From Octopus sinensis (lineage: Eukaryota): a stretch of DNA of 64,000 nt. Within the stretch, counting starts at the first letter, position 1, and each line of letters opens with the position of its first letter. A model generated the notes under the pieces. It made no database searches and was not told the DNA's origin. It saw only the letters and a list, made by a program, of their open reading frames with translations. The stretch covers positions 69,130,001 through 69,194,000 of the forward strand of contig NC_042999.1 in assembly GCF_006345805.1 (NCBI RefSeq), written 5' to 3'. This document shows positions 36,631 to 49,625 of this stretch, in pieces. The translations under genes were made by a program, and so were the position numbers.

Positions 36631-36906
36631 ACAGAAATAAATATCAAAGCAGAGTTTTTACGACTGGATGCACTTCCTGTCAACAACTCTTGTTTTCCAA
36701 GTAAGGATTTGTATTTTTAGTGGTGGGGGGGAGTGTCATTTTATGAAAGTATTTAAAAGCAGAATTGCTGCAGATAGTCAATTACGAACTTCTGTAAACA
36801 TCTAGATCAGAATCCAGAGTTATTTTTTTTTGGTTAATTTTGTTTCATGTCTGTTCCCTGCCACTGATTTCTTTTATTTCATATGTTGGTGACAACAGCA
36901 ACAGCA

Positions 36907-37256
36907 GTGGAGGCGCAATGGCCCAATGGTTAGGGCAGCGGACTCGTGGTTTCGATTCCTAGACCGGGCGTTGTGTGTGTTTATTGAGCGAAAACACCTA
37001 CAGCTCCACGAGGCTCCGGCAGGGAGGGGGGTGGCGAACCCTGCTGTACTCTTTTGCCCCAAATTTCTCTCACTCTTTCTTCCTGTTTCTTGTCCCTGAC
37101 TTCCTACGCAACCGCTGAGCCTGGATGAGCATTCATCCATCCGTCGATGCTCTCGGTGCCGGGGGTTGACCTGCCTTCTCTTCTGCGGGTCTTACGAATA
37201 GCAAAGGACCATATTTCGGACTTCTCTCACTACAGAAGACTGCTTCGCTCAACATT
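36907..37256 (+). mobile_element. CpG-rich tRNA-derived SINE with 13-bp TSD; family D 5' half with a different 3' half
   Basis: AACAGCAACAGCA at 36894-36906 and 37257-37269. Head GGAGGCGCAATGGCCCAATGGTTAGGGCAGCGGAC...GGTTTCGATTCC. Confidence 0.88.
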
Positions 37257-37821
37257 AACAGCAACAGCAATAAAATGGTTACCATTAGAAAGTTGAATGT
37301 CATGTGACCTTAAGGAGGATATTGAAGACAATGGTAGTGGGAGTAGGGGAGAGAGAGAGAGAGAGCCACAGTTAATGTCTGGAAAGTTATGTAATCTGAA
37401 AATAGATTTAGTACAAGTTCAATGTTTTTTCCTCTTTTAATACCCTGTCCTCGTCTGTGGTATCAATAAATTTTAGTTCTCTATTAGGTTTTTTTTTTTT
37501 TGCATTTCTTGCATTGAACTTTCTATCCTTTCACACTATCAGAGCATGAAATGGAGTTCAAAAATGATTAGTGATCCATGATCCACCAGGAATTTACAAT
37601 AATCACTCTTCTCAAATATTAGATTCTAGTCAAGAGAAATATTATACACAAGTCCTTATGTTAAAAAAACCAGGGATAATGCAACACCCTGTTTAGCGTG
37701 TGTCTGTGTAAACAATATTGCATTTAACCACAGATAAATATAGCATATTTATTCGTGTATTAGTTGCATCTTTCATTTAATGAATGTTACATCTTTTCCT
37801 TCCATAATTTTGGCACAGAAG

Positions 37822-38007
37822 GCACAGGAGTGGGTGTATGGTAAGTAGCTTGCTTACCAACCACATGGTTCTGGGTTCAGTCCCACTGCGTGACACTTTG
37901 GGCAATAGTCCTCTACAATAGCCTCAGGCCGACCAAAGCCTTGTGAGTGGATTTGGTCGACAGAAACTGAAAGAAGCCCATCGTATATATGTATATGTGT
38001 GTATCTA

Positions 38008-38055
<48 letters not shown>

Positions 38056-38400
38056 GAAACATTGCCAGATCAGACTGGGCCTGGTGCGGCCTTCTGGCTT
38101 CCCAGACCCCATTTGAACCGTCTAACCCATGCTAGCATGGAAAGCGGACGCTAAATGATGATGATGATGATGTGTGTGTGTGTGTGAGTGTGTGTGTGTT
38201 TGTGTGTCTGTGTTCGTCCCCCCAACATTGCTTGACAACCGATGCTGGTATGTTTACGTCCCCGTAACTTAGCGGTTCAGCAAAAGAGACCGATAGAATA
38301 ACTACTAGGCTTACAAAGGATAAGTCCTGGCATCGATTTGCTCGACTGAAGGCAGTACTCCAGTATGGCCACAGTCACATGACTAACAAGTAAAAGAGTT
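37822..38400 (+). mobile_element. SINE family B with an RTE 3' end nested in its internal (TA)n (about 38052-38170)
   Basis: Family B halves flank a family A tail. Confidence 0.85.
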
Positions 38401-39329
38401 GCTTTGCATATAAGTCGCACACTTTCAATTAAAATCAAGCCTAAAACATTGGTTTCCTATTTTGTCTCAAGGCCAGCAATTTGGGTTGGGAGAGGAGTAA
38501 TTTGATTACATGGACCCCAGTGTTCAACAGGTACATATTTTATCAACCATGAAAGGATGAAAGGCGATTTGAACTCACAAAGTAATGAGTCGGAAGAAAT
38601 ACTGCCAAATGTTTTGTCCGATATGCAAACAATACTGACAGCTTACCATCTAAATAATGGTTTCAAATCTTGGCACAGAGCCAGCAATTTCAGGAGAGTG
38701 GGTAAGTCAATTGCATCAACCCCAGTGCTCAACTGGTATTTATTTTATTGATCTCAAAAGGATGAAAGGCAAAGTAGATCTCAGCATTTAAAAAAAATTT
38801 AACTTCTTTTTTGTCTTGCAAAGTGCTTGGTGACCCTGTCAGTGCAGGTGCCTCTTAAAAGCACACAGTCCACACTGTAAAGTGGCTGGCATTGGGAAAG
38901 CCATCCAGCTGTAAAAACCTTGCCAAAACTGACCTTGCCTGTGCTTGGGTAGTGTAAAAAGCACTAAGTCCACTCTGCTGAGTGGTTGGTGTTAGGAAGG
39001 GCATCCAGCTGTAAAAATCCTGCCAAAAGAGAAACAGAAGTCTGGAGCAAGCTTTTGCCAGGTCGGCTCTTGTCGAACTGTCCCACCCATGCCAACATGG
39101 AAGGCAGGCTCTAAACAATGATGATGATGAGGAAAGTAAAAACAGATGAAATGTTATCAAGCATATTGCTTGGTATAGCGACAGTTCTGCCAGCTCACTG
39201 CCTCATTAAAATATAAAATAACACAATATACACATGTGGTAAGATTTTAATCATTAATTCTTCACAATATTAAACAGGTGAAATGTGAAGGCAAGAATTA
39301 CCACACTAATATCTATCTGAGTTTTCATT

Positions 39330-39790
39330 TAGGTGCAGGAGTGGCTGTGTGGTAAGAGGCTTGCTTACCAACCACATGGTTCTGAGTTCAGTCCCACTGC
39401 ATGGTACCTTGGGCAAGTATCTTCTATTATAGCCTTGGGCCGACCAAAGCCTTGTGAGTGGATTTGGTTGATGAAAACTGAAAGAAGCCCATTATATGTA
39501 TGTATGTATGTATGTATGTACGTATGTATGTGTGTATGTATGTATGTATGTATGTATGTATGTATGTATGTATGTGTGTGTGTGTGTGTGTTTGTTTCTG
39601 TGTTTGCTTGTCCCCCAACCATCACTTGACAACTAATGTTGGTGTGTTTATGTCTCCATAACTTAGCAGTTTGGCAAAAGAGACAGATAGAATAAGTCCT
39701 AGGCTTACAAACAATAAGTCCTGGGGTCAATTTGTTCGACTAAAGGTAGTGCTCCAGTATGACTGAAACAAATAAGAGAATAAACGAATA
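39330..39790 (+). mobile_element. SINE family B
   Basis: Diagnostic blocks, internal (TATG)n. Confidence 0.85.
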
Positions 39791-39903
39791 AATGAACATA
39801 TTCTATTAAGCCACATGTGCACAAATATTTGATGATGATGATGATGATGAAACAGTATTTATGAGGCAACAATCATTACAGGAATCTTCCGTAATACATA
39901 TTA

Positions 39904-40302
39904 GCAAACCTGGGCACCAAACCATTTATCCATTAATCGTTAATTAATAAAGTTAACATTTTCATTAACAATTTAACTTTAGAATTAAATTTGGAAATCA
40001 TTATGGGACTAATTAACTTCCGTTTCATTTAATTTCCATTAACTCAAGTCAACTTTAGTTAACTTCAATTCAATTGAAGTTAACGGATTTTATAGCTTTG
40101 GCACTTTTTAAAAGTGTTTTTAGGTGGGTTTTAGAGCAAAAACTGATCTTTTTGTTTTTTGTTTCTATAATAAACATTAACGTTAACGATTTATCGATAA
40201 CTTCTGTTACATCAGGAAATAATTAACTGATTAACAGTTATCGAAGTTAACTTTTTGGTTAACGGATTAACGATTGATGGAGTTAACAGTGCCCACTTTT
40301 GC
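39904..40302. mobile_element. AT-rich MITE with 14-bp imperfect TIRs and many internal TTAAC/GTTAAC motifs
   Basis: GCAAACCTGGGCAC (39904) and GTGCCCACTTTTGC (40289-40302) match 12/14. No TSD recognised. Confidence 0.65.
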
Positions 40303-40439
40303 GCATCAGGTAATATTACGAAAGTAGTTATTGAAGACAGAAAATGTAGAAAGAATGTAAGCTATTGCATTTAATCATTGTGTACTATTCAAAGAAACAA
40401 TTTAAGGTCTGTAGCTTTTATTGGATATGAAACTAGTAT

Positions 40440-41090
40440 GTCATCATCACCATCATTTAATGTCCGTTTTCCATGCTGGCATGGGTTGGACGGCTTGATC
40501 GAAAACAGGTAGGCTGTGGGAACTGCACCAGTTTCCAATCTGGTTTCTATGATTAGATGCCCTTCCTAATGCCAACTACTCCAAGAGTGTAGTGGGTACT
40601 TTTTAAGTGCCCCCAACACAGGTACCAGTTACACAGCACCAGCATCGGCCACAACTATAATTCCACTTGGCTTGACAGGTTTTCTGAAGCACTGCATATT
40701 GCCAAAGGTCTTGGTCATTTGTCATTGCCTCTGTAAGGCCCAATGTTTGAAGATCATACTTCACCACCTTGTCCCATGTCTCCCTGGGTCTACGTCTTCC
40801 ACAAGTTCCCACCACCATTAGAGTTCAACACTTCTTCACACAACTGTCCTTGTCTTCACACATCACATGACCATACTAGCAAAGTTGTCTCGCACAAAGT
40901 TGTCTTGCACAAAACATCTGATGAATCTTATGCCTAACTTTTCTCTCAAGATGCTTACATTCTGTCATACATGCATACTGACATTACACATCCAGCAAAG
41001 CATACTAGCCTTATTTCATTGAAACCTACACACATCCTCAGTGGTCACTGCCCATGTTTCACTGCTGTGTAGCATGGCTGTTTGTATACA
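40440..41090 (-). pseudogene. RTE LINE 3' fragment (ORF end plus UTR)
   Basis: AMLHSSETWAVT...GTCGRRRPRETWDKVVKYDLQTLGLTEAMTNDQDLWQYAVLQKTCQAK* on the minus strand. Confidence 0.85.
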
Positions 41091-41885
41091 GCTCCCTAGA
41101 TTAAACTGTCCAACCCATGCCAGCATGAAAAGCAGATGTTAAATGAATATGGTTATAATGATGTAGCTGGGAGATGACACTTGCTTTTGAGGATAAGAGT
41201 AATCTGGGATGTGTATTTAACCCAAGGCTGCTCTCTTCCAATTGGGTTGTTTCATTTTCTTTTATTATACATTGATATTTCTTTTACATCCCTGATTTTA
41301 TTCATTCTCATTTCTATGTAAATCTCAACCATTTCTTCTGTAATGTGTCCTTGTAATCTTGCCGATCCTGTTGCCCTTGGCAGAAACAAAGAAATTCTGG
41401 TTATTATTGTTGTTGTTTGAGGTTAGGATGGTGAATTAGCAGAACTGTCATGGTGGGTGTTGGTGTGGTTTGTTGTTGTTGTTGGCTGTGATGACTGAAG
41501 TGATGAATAAAAATGTATTCCTTGGGCTACGTGAATAAATAACTGACAACACCCACAAACAACTAACACAAGATTTTATTATTGCGCACGGAGTTTTAAC
41601 TGCATTGGTCTTTTACAAATAACAACAGAAATAATTACATACAGGGAGAGGGACATATCGCTTGGGGCTTACGACAAACTTACTAATACAGCAATCTATG
41701 GCTGTCCCATCAAATCTGGAATTCACTCATGGTGACGGTAATTCCTGCTTACTATTGCTCATATGTCTTAATCAGCTGGATGCAGCGAGAATGAAGACAC
41801 AATGGATGGCTGCATCAGAACTCTGCAATTACTTTCAAAAAATGGCTTTTTATTGAGTGAAAAGAGAAGATTCTAGAAGATTGAA

Positions 41886-41935
41886 TCACATGAGGGTCCA
41901 ACACTGATTGGTTGCGTAATTGACTGATCATGTGA
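41886..41935. promoter_or_regulatory. Compact transcription-factor motif cluster in unique sequence
   Basis: TCACATGA (41886), CTGATTGGT (41904), TTGCGTAA (41912), TCATGTGA (41928). Motif content only. Confidence 0.4.
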
Positions 41936-42654
41936 ATTTACTGTGGTTTGGTCATGATGTCTCCTCAGCTACCAAGCAGTTTCAGCTTTGAATCACTGCT
42001 ACAGAATCATTAGAACATTAAACAAAATACTTTGTGGTATTTATTTATTTTTTTTTTTACATTCTGAGTCCAAATCCCACAATGTCGACATTGTCTTTCA
42101 TTCTCCCAGAAATCAATGAAATAAAGTACCAGTTAAGTACTGGGGTGAATGGTAAATGACTAACTCCCCAACTCCTCAAAATCACTGGCATTTTTTTTAA
42201 AATCATGAACCACAAAAAGCAGTGAGGTGGCAGAATCATCATCATCATTACCATCATCATCATCATAATCATTATCATTTTAGAACATCAGAAAAAAATG
42301 GTGACACTTCACATTCAGGGTTCAAATCTGCCAAGATCAATTTACGAAATGTTGTTCAGCATTTTTTCCATCAAACTATAGCTTCTGCCAGTTTGACACC
42401 TTTGGTTCCAAATTTTGGCACAAAGCCAGCAATTTTAATGGAAAGAGGGAAGTTGGTTTCATTCACCACAATACTCACTCGGTCCTGTATTTTATCATCC
42501 TCAAAATGGTAAACACAAAACTAACTTTAATGGGATTAAATACAGTTTCCACAGAACTGGAATGAATACCACAAGGTATTTTTATCTGATATTCTATCAA
42601 CTCTGCCTGTCAACCACTTTGAATCTACCAATAATAGAATCATTTTCTAATCAG

Positions 42655-42860
42655 AACCACATGTCCTAATTTTTACTCACATGACCCTGTGCCCTAGTTT
42701 TTACCTCATGCATCCAAGATTTTGCCACATGTCTTAGTTTCTGCTACATGTGCCCCAGTTTTTAACACATCCTAGTTTTTCCACATGTATCCAGTTTTTG
42801 CTACATGTCCTAGTTTTTTTGCATGTGTTTTAGTTTTTGCCATGTCCCCAAATTTTAGAA
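42655..42860. repeat. Degenerate ~19-20-bp minisatellite (CCACATGTCCTAGTTTTT) x about 10, possibly transposon subterminal repeats
   Basis: Repeated ACATGT-CC-AGTTTTT units. Confidence 0.6.
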
Positions 42861-43769
42861 TAGATTCAACACATGTCCCTGCACATTGTAAGTGGTGACA
42901 CCACAAAGAACATTTCCTTGTAAAGAAAAAACACTGCCTCAGAAAAACCTGTCCGACACATACCAGTAAGGAAAAGCAGACATAAAATGATGATGATGAT
43001 GATGATGAAGAGGAGGAGGGGCAGCAGCAGCAGCAGCAGCAACTTCCCTGGTATAAAAATAGGAAATTGTAATTAGAAATAACATGGTCATGTGGTTAAG
43101 AAACTCACTTTGCAAAAGTGTGCTTCCAGGTTCAGTCCCACTCTGTGACTTCTTGGACAGTGACTTCTACGATAGACTTGTAAGTGAATTTGGCAGACAG
43201 AAACTGAGTGGAAACCCATCATACACACACACACACACATATATATATATATTCTCTTTTCCTTTCCTTTTCATCTTCTCTTCTTTTTTCCCCCTTTTCT
43301 TTTTTTCTTTTTTTTTCTCACACCCTTTAAATTTTTTTCTCATGCCTTGTGAATTTTTTTAACTTTCATACGCCGTATGTCATTATTTTGCCTTTCACTC
43401 TCCTTTTTTTTTGGTTTTTCTCCTTTTTCAAACATGCTTGATTACAAATCTTTCCTCCTCCACCTTCACCACAGCCTAAAGAAACACCTTTCCACACTTC
43501 ATTTCTGCTGCCTTCAACCATCTATTAATCTTACCCTACTAATTTTCAAAATAACAGTTTTCTAGCCATGTTTTCCTCACCAATTACCTTTTTCCAACCA
43601 GTCGCCATCATTGAACACTAAATCCACAAGATTTTTAAGTCTTTCTCTGTTTATTTTCTTTTATTCCTTTCTGTTGAAAAGCATAGGCTTGAAATGTAAA
43701 AGACTTTCTCACCTTCCTGAGTGTTAAACTAATACACCTGCTTGTTGTTTATACACTTGTCTTCGTCTT

Positions 43770-44510
43770 TTGTTTTTCTGAGCCCCATGCTGGTAGCATG
43801 TAAAAAGCACCATCCGAATGTCACTGATGCCAGTACCACCTTGATTGGCTTCCAAGCCAGTGGCATGTAAAAAGTGCCATCCGATTGTGGTTGATGCCAG
43901 CTCCTCTGGCACCTTGTGCCAGTGGCACATAGAAAGCACCCACTCCAAGAGTGTACTCTTGGAGTGGTTGGCGTTAGGAAGGGCATCCAGCTGCAGAAAC
44001 ATTACCAGATCAGATTGGGGCCTGGTGCAGCATTCTGGCTTCCCAGACCCCAGTCGAATCATCCAACCCATGCCAGCATGGAAAATGGACGTTAAATGAT
44101 GATGATGATGATGATGATATATATATATATATAATTCTTCTTTGGAAATGGTGAATCTCAAAGGAGACAAAGCTATAAATGACAGCATGGAAATATTGGG
44201 TCAAAAAACTACTTTAGTTAGAAATAGTCAAAGACTACCTGACTTTTTTCATCCAAATCGTTTTACATGCTATCATTTATAGCTTTGTCTGCTTCGAGAT
44301 CAACATCATCATCATCATCATCATCATCATTTAATGACCACTTTCCATGCTGGCATGTGTTGGACGCTTTTTGATTGAGGACTAGCAAGCTGGGAGGCTG
44401 CACCAAGCTCCAATCTGATCTGACAAGGTGTCTATAGCTGAATGCCTTTCCTAATGCCAACCACTCCAAGAGTGTAGTGGGTGCTTTTTATGTTCAACCA
44501 GCACTGGCAT
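43770..44510. mobile_element. Two RTE 3'-end copies in opposite orientation (43770-44115 +, 44305-44510 -)
   Basis: Family A motifs with (GAT)n and (CAT)n tails facing each other. Confidence 0.8.
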
Positions 44511-44572
44511 TCTCAAAAAGAATTATTTCACATACTCTTAAAATTTACAATTCCTATGATTTATATATATAT

Positions 44573-44726
44573 ATATATAATTGTTTAAGAGGACAACAAA
44601 CGTTAAGGCAAGGTAGAAACATCTCAAGTCGTATACAATATTAATATTGGAAATAGTAATATTGTATACGACATGAGATGTTTCTACTTGCGTTAACGTT
44701 TGTTGTCCTCTTAAACAATTATATAT
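44573..44726. repeat. 154-bp near-perfect palindrome (MITE-like hairpin)
   Basis: Arms 44573-44643 and 44657-44726 differ by two substitutions and one indel. Confidence 0.9.
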
Positions 44727-44871
44727 CTGCTGAATCAGAAATCTGCAATGGCTTCGTAACTACCATCTCGGCTATAACATTGGAGCCCTAGTAATCCACT
44801 ACAGCACTTACCCAGCGTACCTAATCATTTAGATCACCTGTGAACTAAACCCCCATACTTTGTAAATATAT

Positions 44872-44934
<63 letters not shown>

Positions 44935-44954
44935 ATATATGTATATATATTAGC

Positions 44955-45217
44955 CTCCGTGCCGGTGGCACGTAAAAAGCACCATCCGATCGTGGCCGTT
45001 TGCCAGCCTCGTCTGGCACCTGTGCCGGTGGCACGTAAAAAGCACCCACTACACTCATGGAGTGGTTGGCGTTAGGAAGGGCATCCAGCCGTAAAAACAT
45101 TGCTAGATCAGACTGGGCCTGGTGCAGCCTTCTGGCTTCCCAGACCCCAGTTACACCGTCCAACCCATGCCACCATGGAAAGCGGATGCTAAACGATGAT
45201 GATGATGATGATAATGA

Positions 45218-45220
<3 letters not shown>
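44955..45220 (+). mobile_element. RTE 3' end, CpG-rich (young)
   Basis: GTGCCGGTGGCACGTAAAAAGCACC twice, then (GAT)n(TA)n(GA)n. Confidence 0.88.
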
Positions 45221-45280
<60 letters not shown>

Positions 45281-45959
45281 TATGAGTATTTTTGTATTTG
45301 TCTTCTCCTGCTTGAGAACTGGTGTTGACTTGTTTACGTTCCCTTTCCCCCATAACCTAGCAGTTCAGCAAAAGAAACTGATGAAGTACAACACCTAATA
45401 AATAAAGTGCTGGGAGCATTTAGTTCACCTAAGCACTCAAAGGCAGTGCCCTAACTTGGCCGCAGTCCAATGACTGGAACAAGCAAAAGATAAACGATCA
45501 GAAAATGCAAGAGAATTGGTGTGGGTGGGGCAGAGAGAATGAAAAAGTAATAGAAAATGCTATAATGATTTATCAGAAACATTATATGTAATTAATTAGC
45601 TAATTAGTTAATTACATAGACTAATGATTTAATCCCTTAGTTAAGCTGAAATATCTCAATGTTGTAATTAAATATCTTGTGTAAAGGAAAAAAAAAAGGA
45701 AAAACAACCTTTAAATAAGTTAACGAAAGCATTGTTCCTCAGCTAATAAGTATAAACGAAATTATAAATTAAGTTTTTAATGTGTGCCATGGCACAGAAA
45801 TTCCTGTAATCATTATGGTAATGGTGAGAATAATTGCAGAATTGTTACATCATCTTTAGTAAATTTGGAACAAAGATTATCCTGATAAAACTGGAACACA
45901 GCAAAAATATAGAGAATAATTTGTATATTATATACATATACAATGTATACAGTTATATA

Positions 45960-46380
45960 TATACTAGCAGAGATACCCGGCGTTGCAATTGAAGAATTAG
46001 ACTTTTCTGTTATATTTTCCGTAATGAACTGGAATATCTATGTTTCGAATTTCATCAAAATTGCAGATGAGGGTTATTTCCCTCTTTACACACCCTAAAA
46101 AAATTGTAATCATGCCACATGTATCCCATACTACTGATTTTTATGCGCATATTCCAAAATTCCAGTCTTATTGAACCTGTTAAAAAGATTTTGCTCCTGA
46201 AAAATGAAGGTCATGGAGCTCTAAAATGTGAGAGTTAAGGCCCCAGTTGGGGGGGGGGGCATCTTAATGTCAACCAGAGAAGTTGAATTGTTGAGAATCT
46301 TTTTAACTTGGGTCTTATATCTATTGTTTGAATTTCCTTGAAATAGGAAATATATATTCACAGGAAACCAAAAGACGAAT
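45960..46380 (+). mobile_element. Possible non-autonomous Helitron-like element
   Basis: Begins TATACTAGCAGAGATACCCGGCGTTGC, related to 8760. The other end is not defined. Confidence 0.35.
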
Positions 46381-47269
46381 GATCACAATAAGCAGTCAGT
46401 TACCCTATCCTAGTCGTTACCACTCCCAATGTAGGATTCCTCACCATCCAGGTGACAGGCACAGCCGTAAGATGCATTACAAATCTATAGCAATTGGAAG
46501 GGTGTGACCCAACTGAAATAAACATCAACAACTGTGTGATGTGAGGGCTAAGGAGAAATGAAAGTGTCACCTCTGGAGTTTGCAAATGACAACTATACTG
46601 ATATGTAACTGGACAGAATAAATTTAGAATCTATAAATGTCTTTGAATAACCAGTCACTCATCTGGGAAGGCCTTGAAATCAATGTTACCATCTGGGGAC
46701 TATGTGCGACCCAGTGATAATAAAAAGACTGAAAGGAGGTCTGCAATCAAATAACTTTGCAACTGAAACAGTGGAGGCAAAGATGGCTCTCATTTACTTG
46801 ACAATTTATGCACCACATTGCAGAAATCACAATGTAAGTGTATGTCAAAGCAAACTGTTACACTGTCATACCATTGAATTACAAATAATGCTCATCTTTT
46901 ATGCTCAGGTAACCCTACAGCTTCCAAGAGCACAACTGTATTCCTTTTTGCTTAGATAAAATGACAAAATTGTGGGTGTTAAGTCCCCATGGAGGGATCT
47001 TTGTAACTTGTAAGAAGATGAAATTTTATAAATATTACTTCATTTGTGTCTAATATGTATGGTTAAAATTTCATCAACAGCAAAAATATATGAATTGTCA
47101 TGGGGGTTATGGCCCTTATGTATAGATGTATTTCTATAGATATAGATGTATATGTATACATGTATGTGTAGATGTATATATAGATGTACATGTAATATGT
47201 ACACATATATATACACATATATACATGCATACATATATACACCCATACACACATACACACACACATACA

Positions 47270-47610
47270 TAGGTGCAGGTGTGGCTGTGTGGTAACAAAC
47301 TTGGTTCCAAAACACACGGTCCTCAGTTCAGTCCCACTGTGTGGCAACTTGGCATGTGTCTTCTGCTATAGCCTAGACCAACCAAAGCCTTGTCAGTGGA
47401 TTTTGTAGGCAGAAACTGAAAGAAATCAATTGTATATATATGTATGTATATATGTAAGTCTATGAGACACTGCCTAGTGCTTTTTTTAAATTTTGATAAG
47501 CCTGGTACTTATTCTAACAGTTTCTTCTTGTGAAACCAGTAAGTTATGGGGATGTAAATAAACGAACACCAGTTGTGAAGCAGTGATGAGGGAGAAACAC
47601 AAAGACACAC
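47270..47610 (+). mobile_element. SINE family B fragments
   Basis: Head at about 47270-47430, further fragment at about 47490-47610. Confidence 0.7.
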
Positions 47611-48389
47611 ACAGAAGCCTTATTAATAAAGTATATCTATAATATAAATTGGACATGGGCAATCATTGTATTCTTTCGAGTCTTGAGGTTCACAGCCAAA
47701 CGGCTAGGTGGATTTGTGTGAAAAATGCTACACATGTGGAGATGGGTGCATAGATTGGAATGCAGTTTGTATTTTTTTCCTAGCACCCATACTTACCAAG
47801 AAAATCGATTAAAACTTTTTCTAATGGAATTCTCGTTTGTTCTGCCATTAAAACAACCAGTTGCTCACACAGTTGGTATATACCATTTTGCTAGCAACAA
47901 GGGAAGTACAGGATGATAGTCAGCCAAAACTTTCGCTCTCTTCTTTCACCTCTTTGTGGGGTTAATAATCTTAATCATTAGTTACAGTTTCTCATTCAAA
48001 CTACATAATAGGTAGAATTGTCGGATTAAGACAGTAGGGTGTTTTGGGTGAGATTTGCCTGCTATTTCTACCAGATTTAGCTACTATGTACAGGTCTGAA
48101 CATAATTTTCATTCACATATACCTAACCAAAAATGATCACAGCCACATCATCCAAACAGACCGGATGAAACCGGGCTTAGCTGCTAGTATATATATAAAA
48201 TGATTAAAATTTCCCACAAAGGAATTATTTTGATTTGAAAACCCCACTAGAATGGGAGAAAGCGCTAATGATCTGAATGATATGATATATATGTAAAAAA
48301 TGTAATATATAAATAAATATCTGTAAATATGAACCATCCGATCTTCTGATTACCTCATTTCTTCTAATATATATATATATACATATAAT

Positions 48390-49625
48390 CATCATCATTT
48401 ACCGTCCATTTTCCATGCTGGCATGGGTTGGACAGTTTGACTGAGGTTTGGAGAGCCAGTGACTGCACCAGGCTCCACTCTGATTTGGCAATATTTCTAC
48501 AGCTGGATGCCCTCCCTAATGCCAACCACTCTGAGAGTGTAGTGGGTACCTTTTACGTGCCACTGGCACAGGAGCCAGTCAGGGGGTACTGGCATTGGCC
48601 ACGTTCGGATGGTGCTTTTTATGTGCCACCAGCACAGGAGCCAGTCAGGCAGCTCTGGCTTCAATCACATTTGGATGGTGCTACAAACACACACATACAC
48701 ACACACACACACACACACATACACATACATGCACATGTGTGTGTGTATGTGTGTGTGTATGCACTGATTCATAGATCTATACAACTGAATTATATATACA
48801 ACTAGCTTCTTTGATATAATGTTCAATGATATCCGGACACTTGCTATATACAGATTCTCCATGCATGCACGCACTCATGCACACACACACACACACACAC
48901 ACCTGTTTATAGTAATTCAGAGCAGGATATAATTCAATTATATGTGGGTGATTAATTCAGAAGGGAAACTCGTTTATAAGACAGAACCTGGATTTTAGTG
49001 TGAGCATATGCTTGTGGGTGTGTATATGAAAATATATGTATGTACACACACACACATATATAAATTGATTTCAAATTTTGGCACAAGGCCAGCAAGATCG
49101 AGTGAGTTGGGTAAGTCGATTACATTGACCCCTGTGCTCAACTGGTACTTATTTTATTGACCCCAAAGATATGACCTTAGCAGAATTTGAACTCTGACCG
49201 TAGCAGAATTTGAACTCAGAACATGAAGACAAGCAAAATGCCACTAACCATTTTTCTCAGCATGCTGACGGTTCTGCCAGCTCACCACCTGAATCCTCAT
49301 CATCAACATCATCATCATCATCATTTAATGTCTGTTTTCCATGCTGGCATGGTTGGATGGTTTAACTGAGGTCTGGCAAGTCAGAAGGCTGTACCAAGCT
49401 CCAATCTGATCGGGCAATGTTTTTACAGCTGGATGCCCTTCCTACCGCCAACCACTCCAAGAGTGTAGTGGGTACTTTTTGCATGCTATCAGCACAGGAG
49501 CCAGTCAGGCAGCTCTGGCATCGATCACGCTTGAATGGTGCTTTTTACATGCCACCAGGCATGGGAACCAGTCAGGTGGCCCTGGCAACAGCCACGTTTG
49601 GATGGTGTTTTTTACGTGCCATATA
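48390..49625 (-). mobile_element. Two RTE 3' ends (48390-48680, 49300-49625) with an intervening family C SINE fragment
   Basis: Family A and C motifs. Confidence 0.78.

Noticed and set aside
37090-37256. HDV-like ribozyme in the SINE 3' half (hairpin followed by CGAAT)
   Set aside because: P1, P1.1 and P3/L3 could not be fitted by eye.
46400-46960. Possible Helitron helicase remnant (AQLY, FA-MT words)
   Set aside because: The matches are only 3-4 residues in inconsistent frames.
48135-48180. ATCC(n9)GGAT-GAAAC-CGGGC, and similar half-motifs at about 4225-4245 and 7660-7750
   Set aside because: Only half of the hammerhead core is recognisable in each case.
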